A DNA stretch of 64,000 nucleotides from contig JACNJZ010000171.1 in assembly GCA_014382295.1 (NCBI GenBank), forward strand, positions 37,027 through 101,026, in the 5' to 3' direction. The notes under the pieces are model-generated. The model saw only the letters and a list, made by a program, of their open reading frames with translations. It was not told the origin of the DNA and made no database searches. Of the stretch, positions 47,908-56,265 are shown in pieces; position 1 is the first letter of the stretch, and each line of letters opens with the position of its first letter. Source of the DNA: Candidatus Desulfobia pelagia. Its GTDB lineage: Bacteria; Desulfobacterota; Desulfobulbia; Desulfobulbales; SURF-16. Both the position numbers and the translations under genes were made by a program.

Positions 47908-49911
47908 TCAGTCTTTTTTTGTGTCAGAATTCTGATTTCTTTTTCTCGCCATCAATACGCACTTATCGCTGACCAGAACACTTCCCGCCTCCGGGTGTTG
48001 CTGGACAACAGTACCTGATCCTTCAATGCTTACTGTGCAGCCGATGGATTGAAGTATTCGCAATGCCCTGCGAATACTTAACCCATGCAGATCAGGCATA
48101 ATCTCCTTCACCGGTTTCGGTTGTATATTCGCCTGGGTAACATCGCGCCCCTGCTGCCCTTGCCATGCTGCCAACATGGCCTCATGATCATATTCCGGCA
48201 CCTGAAGCTTTCCTTTTATTTTTTTGCTTGCTCGTGCCACCGGAAGTGCTTTCTGCATAAAAGTTTTCGTGAGTTTTTCTATCCTCGAAGGCTTGGTGAC
48301 ATCTATCATTCCCTGGCTGAACGAGATAAGCATGACAAGCTCCGGAGCGCTCATTGGCGCAGCGGCCAGGACAGCCCCATCGTACAGGGTCTGATCAGGG
48401 CCTGAAACGCCTTGCAGAATCGAGGCACCACCGGAACCATCTTCAGTTTTCCCCTCGTTGTCCGCATTGATTTCTCCGCCATACTCATCAAATTCCCTGA
48501 CTGCCACTGCCACGTTGCCAGGCATTGACTTCTGCAAAGATTCAGCAATGAAAAAGGACTTCCCTGAAGGCGAGGTTTCCTCCAAAAAATGGCGAAACTC
48601 TCTACTTTCTTCTTGGCTGAAAAAAGTCTTTCGAGAGGCTGCTGAAACGTCTTTCCCCTCTAAATCACCACTATCGGAGATCGTACCTAAAACCATATGC
48701 GGCTCAACTGACCTGCCATCATTCACCAGGCTCCCGAAACTGTTCAGCACATGTAGTGCTGAAGCAGTATCCTCGCTGCCCATTTCGAATCCGGCCGATC
48801 GAAAAAATTCATTTTCCATGTGCGGCTGCAATAGGGGCTGCCCCTCATCAGAATGCGCGTCTCCTGCTTCAGCAACTATCGATGCCAACCAGGGTGAAAT
48901 GATATTTTTTTTCCTGTCGAGTTGCCATAAAGGTGCTGATGGTGCGCTTTTTGCCACTTTTTTCAGCCTTGGAGATATAATTTTACTGCTGCCCTCTTTC
49001 ATTCCAGACTCAACCGATCTTCTCAATCCTGCGTCTATCACAGCAGCCAGCTTGAAAATGGAAAGAAGCCCTCCTGTTTTTACAGAAACAGTTGCCACTC
49101 CCGCTCTTTTATCTTCCGTTGCCAGCGCCGGAGTAAAAAAATGTTGCGATGACGGCACCTGGGCACTGGCAAGTATTTCTCCTGATCTCGGATCCATGAG
49201 TATACCGCCTGCCGTTGTCACCAGCAGAGATCCCCCCTGCTTATAGCCAACATCTTCCACAATATTTTCCAGCAATTTCATCAAGCTGGACTGCAACTCC
49301 AGATCAAGAGTCAAAACCAGATGTCTGCCGGAAAGCAGCGAATCATTGAATGAAAACTCGACCCCTGACAAGCCAACTTCATCCTTTACCTGGCCAATAA
49401 ACTGAGGAGCATCCGGCCAGTTGGGATATACACGCTCAACCCTGTCGTGGAAATAAACACCATCAAGATCCAGAGACTTAATACTCTTTGCTTTCTCGGG
49501 AGAAATATTACGGGCAAGCCAGGTGAAATTTCTTTCCGTTTTCAACTCCTCAAGCAGCTCCGCCTCTTCATGGGACAGCAACTTTGCAAGCACCCCGGCC
49601 GTAGCAGCAATATCGTCAAACTCTCGAGGCTTGACATATACTGAAGAAGTCTGGATACTCGCTGCCACCATATTAAGCCTTCGGTCATAAATGTTTTTTC
49701 TGCGAACATCGTATAGAGACGATTGGACTGCAGGTTCAACAAATTCCGGTTCCTGCTCTTCATCAAAAAAAAACGGTCCCTGATATAACCTGTAAAAAAC
49801 AAGGACCAAAACCAGCAACACAATTCCCAGAAAGAGACGCCTCCTCTTTTGCTTCCCCTTTTCTTTTGACTTGTCTGTATATGTTGCCCAGTCTCTGATT
49901 TCGCGACCCAT
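47908..49911 (-). CDS. ftsI: Class B penicillin-binding protein (FtsI/PBP2x-like) with a divergent transpeptidase module and a C-terminal PASTA domain
   Basis: N-terminal TM helix (LFLGIVLLVLVLVFY). PBP-dimer-like region (RRKNIYDRRLNMVAAS, GGILMDPRSGEILA). SxxK candidate LLSIFKLAAVIDAG. C-terminal PASTA (MPDLHGLSIRRALRILQSIGCTVSIEGSGTVVQQHPEAG). No SxN or KTG found where expected. Confidence 0.8.
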   Translation of the reverse strand: MGREIRDWATYTDKSKEKGKQKRRRLFLGIVLLVLVLVFYRLYQGPFFFDEEQEPEFVEPAVQSSLYDVRRKNIYDRRLNMVAASIQTSSVYVKPREFDDIAATAGVLAKLLSHEEAELLEELKTERNFTWLARNISPEKAKSIKSLDLDGVYFHDRVERVYPNWPDAPQFIGQVKDEVGLSGVEFSFNDSLLSGRHLVLTLDLELQSSLMKLLENIVEDVGYKQGGSLLVTTAGGILMDPRSGEILASAQVPSSQHFFTPALATEDKRAGVATVSVKTGGLLSIFKLAAVIDAGLRRSVESGMKEGSSKIISPRLKKVAKSAPSAPLWQLDRKKNIISPWLASIVAEAGDAHSDEGQPLLQPHMENEFFRSAGFEMGSEDTASALHVLNSFGSLVNDGRSVEPHMVLGTISDSGDLEGKDVSAASRKTFFSQEESREFRHFLEETSPSGKSFFIAESLQKSMPGNVAVAVREFDEYGGEINADNEGKTEDGSGGASILQGVSGPDQTLYDGAVLAAAPMSAPELVMLISFSQGMIDVTKPSRIEKLTKTFMQKALPVARASKKIKGKLQVPEYDHEAMLAAWQGQQGRDVTQANIQPKPVKEIMPDLHGLSIRRALRILQSIGCTVSIEGSGTVVQQHPEAGSVLVSDKCVLMARKRNQNSDTKKD

Positions 49912-50006
49912 CCTCTAAATATCACGACTCAGGATTGATTTATTATTCGTTCCTTCAAATAAATGTGCCTTTACAACCCCGAGTCAAAACGCAATCCACT
50001 TTTTCA

Positions 50007-50381
50007 TTAGGGGCGAGCAACCTGCATCCCCCGACTGCCGCTTCCCGCCGAAGGTGCATATAAACCCAGCCTGACCGCTGCCAATGCTTCAATATGCTCC
50101 TTACTGGTAATGCTTTTTTTTTCGGTATAGAGTTCCGTATTCACTTTTTTAATAACGGCCCCATTCTGCTGCTGACGAACAAGCTCATCAAGACCATTTC
50201 TGATCTGCAGACCGACCAAAAATGTCCCGACAACCCCACATATCATTGCCAGAGTAACTACCGCGCCAACCAATTTCCACAACCACACACCCCCGGATTT
50301 CCTGGAACGGCGCCCATGAATTTTTTGATTTTTCACAGGAAATCCATGTGTTCCTGTGTATCCATGTACTGATCTCTGCAT
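50007..50381 (-). CDS. ftsL: Small bitopic membrane protein in the ftsL slot (putative FtsL)
   Basis: 124 aa. A basic N-terminus, one TM helix (VWLWKLVGAVVTLAMICGVVGTFLVGL), then a short periplasmic helix-rich tail. 4 nt after the rsmH stop. The call is positional. Confidence 0.55.
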   Translation of the reverse strand: MQRSVHGYTGTHGFPVKNQKIHGRRSRKSGGVWLWKLVGAVVTLAMICGVVGTFLVGLQIRNGLDELVRQQQNGAVIKKVNTELYTEKKSITSKEHIEALAAVRLGLYAPSAGSGSRGMQVARP

Positions 50382-50385
50382 AACC

Positions 50386-51321
50386 CTATACCTCTTTCAC
50401 TGCGGCTACTCTCATTTTGGCACTTCGTGACCTGGGGTTCATATCTTTTTCTGCGTCCCCGGCAATTACAGGTTTAGGAGTTAACACCCGCAGTGCGTTA
50501 TTACTGCTGAACTGCCTTTTTACCAGTCTGTCTTCCAGAGAATGAAAGGAAATGACACAGAATCTGCCGCCTGGTCGAATGTACTGCACCCCATCCGTCA
50601 AAATTTTCTCTAAATTATCAAGCTCTCCGTTAACGGCTATACGCAAGCCCTGAAATGTTCTGGTTGCAACATGAATTTTCTTAGGGCGAAATCGGCGCGG
50701 CACAGCTTTCTCAATGATACTTACCAGCTGCCTCGTCGTTGAAAATTTCTCTTTTCTTCTCTCCTCAACTATAAACTCCGCAATCCGTCTGGCCTGCCGT
50801 TCCTCACCGTAATAATAAAGGATGTCGGCCAACTCCTCTTCACTGCAGTGATTAAGCAGATCAGCCGCAGTTTCGCCCCTTCTGGTATCCATCCTCATAT
50901 CGAGGGGCTCACTTCCCTGAAAACTAAACCCCCGGCCGCTGCTATCAAGCTGGAGAGACGAAAGACCGAGATCAAGCAGAATTCCGTCAACCATTGCATA
51001 GTGAATTTCTTTCAGCGCCTCTTCCAGTTCCGCAAAATTACGGCGGACATAAATAACTCTTTCACCGTAAGAAGCCAGGTTCGCCCTGGCCAGACTGAGA
51101 GCCTCGCTATCCCAGTCAAAACCGATTACGCGCCCATCAGGATTTGAAGCCTCAAGAATAGCTCTGGTGTGACCTCCCAGGCCAAGATTCCCATCTACAT
51201 AAATTCCGCCGGACACTGGTGACAACCAGGAAACAACTTCTTCAAGCAATACCGGCTGATGAATGTCACTTCTTGCTAAACCGGATTCTGCAGGCTCATT
51301 TCCATTTTCATTCATCCTCAA
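50386..51321 (-). CDS. rsmH: 16S rRNA (cytosine1402-N4)-methyltransferase
   Basis: 311 aa. HQPVLLEEVV, VDGNLGLGGHT, DLGLSSLQLD and FHSLEDR motifs characteristic of RsmH/MraW. Confidence 0.94.
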   Translation of the reverse strand: MRMNENGNEPAESGLARSDIHQPVLLEEVVSWLSPVSGGIYVDGNLGLGGHTRAILEASNPDGRVIGFDWDSEALSLARANLASYGERVIYVRRNFAELEEALKEIHYAMVDGILLDLGLSSLQLDSSGRGFSFQGSEPLDMRMDTRRGETAADLLNHCSEEELADILYYYGEERQARRIAEFIVEERRKEKFSTTRQLVSIIEKAVPRRFRPKKIHVATRTFQGLRIAVNGELDNLEKILTDGVQYIRPGGRFCVISFHSLEDRLVKRQFSSNNALRVLTPKPVIAGDAEKDMNPRSRSAKMRVAAVKEV

Positions 51322-51342
51322 CCCGCAATCCTTAATCCACTA

Positions 51343-51825
51343 TCAGAACATTCCCAGTTCATTAAAAGTCAGGTCAAAATCCGCAAAATCCTGATCCGTT
51401 AAAGTACTGTCAATCTCCCAGGTTTCCTTGCTCCACACTTCAAAAAAGGTGAGCATTCCATTCATGATTATTTCTTTATCGAGATTAAGTTGATTTCGAA
51501 GATGAACAGGAAGAAGGATACGGCCGTTTTTATCAGCCTGACACTCGACTGACCCGCCGACAAGATAGCGAACCATTTTGGCAACATGCGGTTGCTGTCG
51601 TTCCAGGCCGAGCAGAGCCTGTTCTTTTTTTTCCCATTCGGGGAGGGGATAAATACGTAAACATTTATTCCAGGGGGGGGTAATGAGGAGACGATCATCA
51701 TATTCCCGGAGCAAAACATCACGGAATCGGGCAGGAATATTAATCCTCCCCTTCCCATCCAAACTATGTTCAGATCGGCCGCGGAATCTACTCACCGGAC
51801 TTGAGATCATTTTTTCTGACACCAT
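51343..51825 (-). CDS. mraZ: Transcriptional regulator MraZ
   Basis: FRGRSEHSLDGKGRINIPARFR and a second DKNGRILLPVHLR repeat (two SpoVT/AbrB-like halves). The AAGGAG SD at 51834-51829 favours a start at ATG 51825 or GTG 51822. The ORF-track start at 51855 would overlap the operator boxes. Confidence 0.9.
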   Translation of the reverse strand: MVSEKMISSPVSRFRGRSEHSLDGKGRINIPARFRDVLLREYDDRLLITPPWNKCLRIYPLPEWEKKEQALLGLERQQPHVAKMVRYLVGGSVECQADKNGRILLPVHLRNQLNLDKEIIMNGMLTFFEVWSKETWEIDSTLTDQDFADFDLTFNELGMF

Positions 51826-51837
51826 GGACTCCTTCCT

Positions 51838-51872
51838 ACACCTTTGCACCGCCAAGAACCACTTTGCACCAC
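51838..51872 (-). promoter_or_regulatory. MraZ operator: four direct GTGGT-like boxes at exact 10-nt phasing
   Basis: The minus strand reads GTGGTgcaaaGTGGTtcttgGCGGTgcaaaGGTGT (boxes at 51872, 51862, 51852 and 51842). It lies between the predicted -10 and the mraZ SD. This mirrors the GTGGG direct-repeat operator described for E. coli MraZ. Confidence 0.6.
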
Positions 51873-51881
51873 CTCATTATC

Positions 51882-51911
51882 TTTATACGGCTGAAAAGGC
51901 AAGAGTGTCAA
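51882..51911 (-). promoter_or_regulatory. Sigma70-type promoter candidate for the dcw operon (Pmra)
   Basis: The minus strand reads TTGACA (51911-51906), an 18-nt spacer, then TATAAA (51887-51882), immediately upstream of the MraZ boxes. Confidence 0.5.
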
Positions 51912-52320
51912 GATAAATTTCTCAGGGAATAATGCCTCTTTTTTCCTTCAATGAATCGAATTAGCCTATGTTGTATTGAAGCCAGAGAAAGACACACAAC
52001 ATGTTGTAAATATGCCTAACACATTACAATAAAATTTTCTGCCACGAACAAAGTGGGGGAAAGTGGGCCACATATTAACAAAACCTTTTTTTGTCTCCAT
52101 TGTTAATACTGTCAAAATCACGCCATAAAAGACAAATACCTGCCACCAGGAAACTCCAACAAAGCAACCTCAAAAAAAAACATCACGCAACTTCAGCATG
52201 TTACACAAAAATCACTCGCCGGCAGGAAAATTGCAAAGAGAACACATTGGAAAATGTTTTTCCACAAACAACAACAAAACATGAAAACACATTGAGAATT
52301 ACCACAAATAGAAAAAGGCC

Positions 52321-53292
52321 ATGACGAGGCAGCCTATGAACGTGAGCATTAAGATCATACTGACAATTCTACTTACCATTGCCGCCCTGCATCCATTTAC
52401 CCTGCAGGCTATCGAAGATAGCAGTGGAATAAGGATCTCACTCCAGCAAAACAAAAATCGCGCCGAGGAAGTATACCAAGAGGCTCTGTCCATTATGGGA
52501 GAACCGGAAAGCGGCCGAAATTACAGTAAGGCAGCTGAACTACTGCGACAGGCCGCCGAAGACGGCCACGCCGAAGCGCAATACAGCCTTGCCCTGAGAT
52601 ACCTCTTGGGACAGGGGGTTCCAAAAGAATATAATGAAGCGGTGAAATGGCTGAGAGCAGCAGCAGAGCAGGGACTGGCAGACGCCCAATACAGCCTGGG
52701 ACTCAGGTATCAACTGGGCCAAAATGTTCCGCTAAACAATGCCGAAGCAAAAAAATGGACACAAAAGGCTGCAGATCAGGGTCATCTGGCCGCAAAATTC
52801 AATATTGCATACCGCAAGGCCCTACAGGGAAAAGCAGATGACCAGTATAAACTGGCACGCCTGTATTATACTGGAAAGGGAGAAAAACAGAATTTCCTGG
52901 AAGCAGCGAAGTGGTTTGCGGCAGCGGCAAAACAGGGCCATGCCGATGCCCAATTCAGCCTGGCTGTCATGCTGAATGACGGAGACAAAATAAAAAAAGA
53001 CCTGACAAAAGCCGCAAGATGGTATCAGAAGGCCGCTGAACAAGGACACACCAATGCCCAGATTAATCTTGGCGCAATGTATGCCATGGGCAGCGGTGTA
53101 CCAAAAAACAGGATAAAAGCATATGCCTGGACCTACCTGGCAGCCTCCACCGGTAATGCAATAGCCCAGAGAAATTGCGAATACGCCGTTACCAGAATGA
53201 CCCCCGGTGAACTCGACGTAGCCCGGCAGATTGCAGCAGAACTCCAGCAGAAAATTTACCCAGGCACACCCTTACGAGACAAGACCCAATAA
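52321..53292 (+). CDS. Secreted Sel1-like (SLR/TPR-related) repeat protein
   Basis: 323 aa. Signal peptide (IKIILTILLTIAALHPFTLQA). About 7 repeats of the A..W..KAAEQGHADAQ..LG..Y pattern. The start may be the second ATG (52336, GAGG 7 nt upstream). Confidence 0.85.
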   Translation: MTRQPMNVSIKIILTILLTIAALHPFTLQAIEDSSGIRISLQQNKNRAEEVYQEALSIMGEPESGRNYSKAAELLRQAAEDGHAEAQYSLALRYLLGQGVPKEYNEAVKWLRAAAEQGLADAQYSLGLRYQLGQNVPLNNAEAKKWTQKAADQGHLAAKFNIAYRKALQGKADDQYKLARLYYTGKGEKQNFLEAAKWFAAAAKQGHADAQFSLAVMLNDGDKIKKDLTKAARWYQKAAEQGHTNAQINLGAMYAMGSGVPKNRIKAYAWTYLAASTGNAIAQRNCEYAVTRMTPGELDVARQIAAELQQKIYPGTPLRDKTQ

Positions 53293-53361
53293 AATACGGA
53301 GAAACTTAAGGCTGTGACAACAGCCATCACCTTTAAACTTCGAACTTGAAACTTGAAACTT

Positions 53362-54045
53362 TCATATAATAACAGTACGCCTGATATACTTTACAATATC
53401 ATCAGCGCTGTCCATGATCTCAAAAATATGGAGATCTTCTTCAGTAATACTGCCGGAAGAAAGCAGGGTTTCCCTCATCCAATCGACCAGCCCCGACCAG
53501 TAACTGCTTCCCACCAGAACAATAGGAAAAGACTTTATCCTTCTGGTCTGGATCAGTGTCAATGCCTCAAAGAGCTCATCCAGAGTACCGAAACCGCCAG
53601 GCATGCAGATGAAAGCCATGGCGTATTTTATAAGCATGACCTTGCGAACAAAAAAATAACGGAATTCGAGAGGAAGACTTGTATACTTATTCTGTGCCTG
53701 CTCAAAGGGCAGATGAATATTAAGCCCTATCGAAGGCGCTCCGGCCTCTGTTGCTCCGCGGTTGCCGGCCTCCATAACCCCCGGCCCCCCGCCTGTCATA
53801 ATGGCATATCCGGCTTCACCAAGCCTCCTGCCGACCTCAACCGCCAACTGATAATTCGGATCATCCTCACTGGTCCGTGCAGACCCGAAAATGGATACAG
53901 CCGGCTTGGTCACTGAAGCCAGAGAATCAAAACCATCCACAAACTCCGACATAATCTTAAAAAGGCGCCAGGAATCTCCCGCCTTGAAACTGTCTAGCCA
54001 ATACTGCTGATTTTCTTCACTATTTGAATTGCTTGGAAACCGCAT
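53362..54045 (-). CDS. LOG-family / TIGR00730 Rossmann-fold nucleotide-binding protein (putative cytokinin-riboside-5'-monophosphate phosphoribohydrolase-like)
   Basis: 227 aa. GGGPGVMEA and PGGFGTLDELFE motifs diagnostic of the LOG/YgdH family. Confidence 0.85.
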   Translation of the reverse strand: MRFPSNSNSEENQQYWLDSFKAGDSWRLFKIMSEFVDGFDSLASVTKPAVSIFGSARTSEDDPNYQLAVEVGRRLGEAGYAIMTGGGPGVMEAGNRGATEAGAPSIGLNIHLPFEQAQNKYTSLPLEFRYFFVRKVMLIKYAMAFICMPGGFGTLDELFEALTLIQTRRIKSFPIVLVGSSYWSGLVDWMRETLLSSGSITEEDLHIFEIMDSADDIVKYIRRTVII

Positions 54046-54144
54046 TCACATCCCCCTTCACCGTCAAACTGCTATCAATAAAGCCCAACACAGGCTTCCC
54101 TTTCTGTCGCTTGTTTCACCAAACCAAAGACTTCATGGTACCTT

Positions 54145-56265
54145 TCAAGCCACCTTTACACCTTTCAGAGCTGACAATGCATCTTTATATTTCGGCTCAA
54201 GCTTCAAAGCCCCTCTAAACATCTTTACAGCCACGGCACTCTTTCCCATTTTCTCATTCACTTTACCAAGGGAGAAAAAAATCCGGGCGTTATCCTTATC
54301 GCACTCCAGACCCTTCTCAAAAGAGCTCATTGCGCCCTCCAGATCCCCCTGCTGCATCAAAACATTCCCCAAACGCAGCCAGTTATCCCCCTGACCGCTA
54401 TCCAACTCAACGGACTGCCGACAGAGTGACAGGGCAATCTCATCGCCCTCTTTTGCCTCACCGTATACTTCTCCAAGCATGCTCAGCGCCGTGCCGTCTC
54501 CAGGATTATATCGAACAGCCCGCTGCAGACTGGTCATTGCTTTTTCCTTTTCACCGACACCCCTGTATGCTTCACCAAGATAACGATAGACGGCGCCGTG
54601 ACTGACATCACTTGCTGTTTTCGGCCCCAGCTTTTCCCCCAGCTTAAGCACATTTAACGCCTCAAGATACCGACCATTCTGGCAGTACAATTTCCCCAGC
54701 TGAAAAAAAAGGTCGAAATTACCATCACCAGCCTGATGAGCCCGCTCCAGATAATGAAGCCCTTTCTCCCTGTCGCTCATTGCCAGACAGGCAAAACCAA
54801 GGTTGTAAAGAGCCATGAAATTCTTTTCTTCCCGGGCAAGCACCTCTTCAAATTGCGTAACGGCCTCGGCGTACCTGCTCATATTGGCATATGTCACCCC
54901 AAGGCTGTTCATCACATTGACATTATCCGGGTCAAAAAGAAGCCCCCGTCGATATTCCCCCACGGCACTGGCAAGATCGCCTTCATTGTAATACACATCA
55001 CCACTGATATTGAGGCTGACTGCATCAAAAACTGTTATACTGCCGGGCCCATAAAAAGCTGTATGCAGCATAGCCCTCTGGCAATTCCCCGACATATCGC
55101 TTTTCCTTACTGCCTTGCAGGGATACAGTGCCACTCCCATTGAAACCGCAACACCCTTTTCAGACAGCGCCTGACTGACTTCACTACACCACGCCAGCAC
55201 TTCCTCTTTCTTTTTTCCTTCAAGAAAAATGAGCCGGTCCCCACCTTCAATTGCAAAAGAAGGGTTTTCGCCCACATCGGCTGACCACGCAGCCTCAGAA
55301 CGCTCCCCCAACTCATCTTTATCCACATGCAGCTGAACCAGACCAAAGGCATCACTTTTGCCCCAAAGCTTTTTAAGACCTGCTTTCACCGCATCAGCAA
55401 CAGGGTTCAGCGGATGCGCGCAGGAGTTGCTCACAAACCGATACGAACAAAGAGCAAAAGGGCTGCGTTTCCGTGCTACTTCAAGAGCCTTCCATGCCTG
55501 TTCAAAAAACAACTCACCTCGATCCGCTTCCGGCGGCTCAATATCAGATGCGGTAATACCGATATGACCTCTCGGAAAATTCTCCCTTTTCAACCAGCGC
55601 AGCAGGAGATCGGCTGTCCTCAATGCCTCTTTTTCATCAACCCCTTCCCAGATCAACCCAAAAATGGAACTTCCCAAATGACATGGGGTCGCCAGATGCC
55701 CGACCAGAGAAGCCAAAAAGGCCGCCGCTTTCTTAAAAGACTCCAGAGCCTTTCTGGCATCGGAGGCTCTAGGATATAACTCTACGAGAAGAAGGGAAAA
55801 AACCGCCTTCCTTTCTTCGCTGACGACCTCACCCTGCAGCCTTCTCAATCTGCTGACCAGGGCTTTACCATTAAGGAGCCCTGTAACGGAATCCAGGAAA
55901 GACTGCTTCAGCAGCCGCATTTCCCGTGAAATCTGCTGACTTTTCTCATAAAGCTGGACAGCAGAAAAACCCTGCATATCTTCGCTGCAGCCTTCGAGAA
56001 CAGCAACTCCTGCCAAATCGTCCGCCGCCCATAGGGGAAGATACAGCGTATCCTTCTCTGTTGAATCCCACACCCCTTTCTGCTCATGTCGGACCATTTC
56101 AACGCCTGCCTTCCAGGCCGGCGGAAGAGCCGCATCAGTTGCCGGCCCTGCAAAATGCACAGCCATACAGGGAAGTGAACATTGAACAATATGTGCAAAT
56201 TCGCCATTTAGAAGGTCAAAATCTCCGACTTCAATCTTTTTTTCCTGCCAGTCAAAAGGCCCCAT
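54145..56265 (-). CDS. Multidomain signalling-type protein: N-terminal sensor-like region, degenerate GGDEF-like domain(s), C-terminal TPR array
   Basis: 706 aa. The GGDEF-domain entry motif LDSVTGLLNG is present, but the signature position reads HLGSSIFGLIW (GGDEF replaced by GSSIF). A second GGDRLIF-like segment follows. The C-terminal ~280 aa are TPR repeats. The ATG shares one base with the selA stop (TAATG). Confidence 0.8.
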   Translation of the reverse strand: MGPFDWQEKKIEVGDFDLLNGEFAHIVQCSLPCMAVHFAGPATDAALPPAWKAGVEMVRHEQKGVWDSTEKDTLYLPLWAADDLAGVAVLEGCSEDMQGFSAVQLYEKSQQISREMRLLKQSFLDSVTGLLNGKALVSRLRRLQGEVVSEERKAVFSLLLVELYPRASDARKALESFKKAAAFLASLVGHLATPCHLGSSIFGLIWEGVDEKEALRTADLLLRWLKRENFPRGHIGITASDIEPPEADRGELFFEQAWKALEVARKRSPFALCSYRFVSNSCAHPLNPVADAVKAGLKKLWGKSDAFGLVQLHVDKDELGERSEAAWSADVGENPSFAIEGGDRLIFLEGKKKEEVLAWCSEVSQALSEKGVAVSMGVALYPCKAVRKSDMSGNCQRAMLHTAFYGPGSITVFDAVSLNISGDVYYNEGDLASAVGEYRRGLLFDPDNVNVMNSLGVTYANMSRYAEAVTQFEEVLAREEKNFMALYNLGFACLAMSDREKGLHYLERAHQAGDGNFDLFFQLGKLYCQNGRYLEALNVLKLGEKLGPKTASDVSHGAVYRYLGEAYRGVGEKEKAMTSLQRAVRYNPGDGTALSMLGEVYGEAKEGDEIALSLCRQSVELDSGQGDNWLRLGNVLMQQGDLEGAMSSFEKGLECDKDNARIFFSLGKVNEKMGKSAVAVKMFRGALKLEPKYKDALSALKGVKVA

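Noticed and set aside
52091-52324. 77-aa plus-strand ORF in the A/C-rich tract
   Set aside because: The translation is low-complexity (K/Q/T/N-rich) and driven by base composition. There is no SD, and it ends overlapping the Sel1-repeat gene start.
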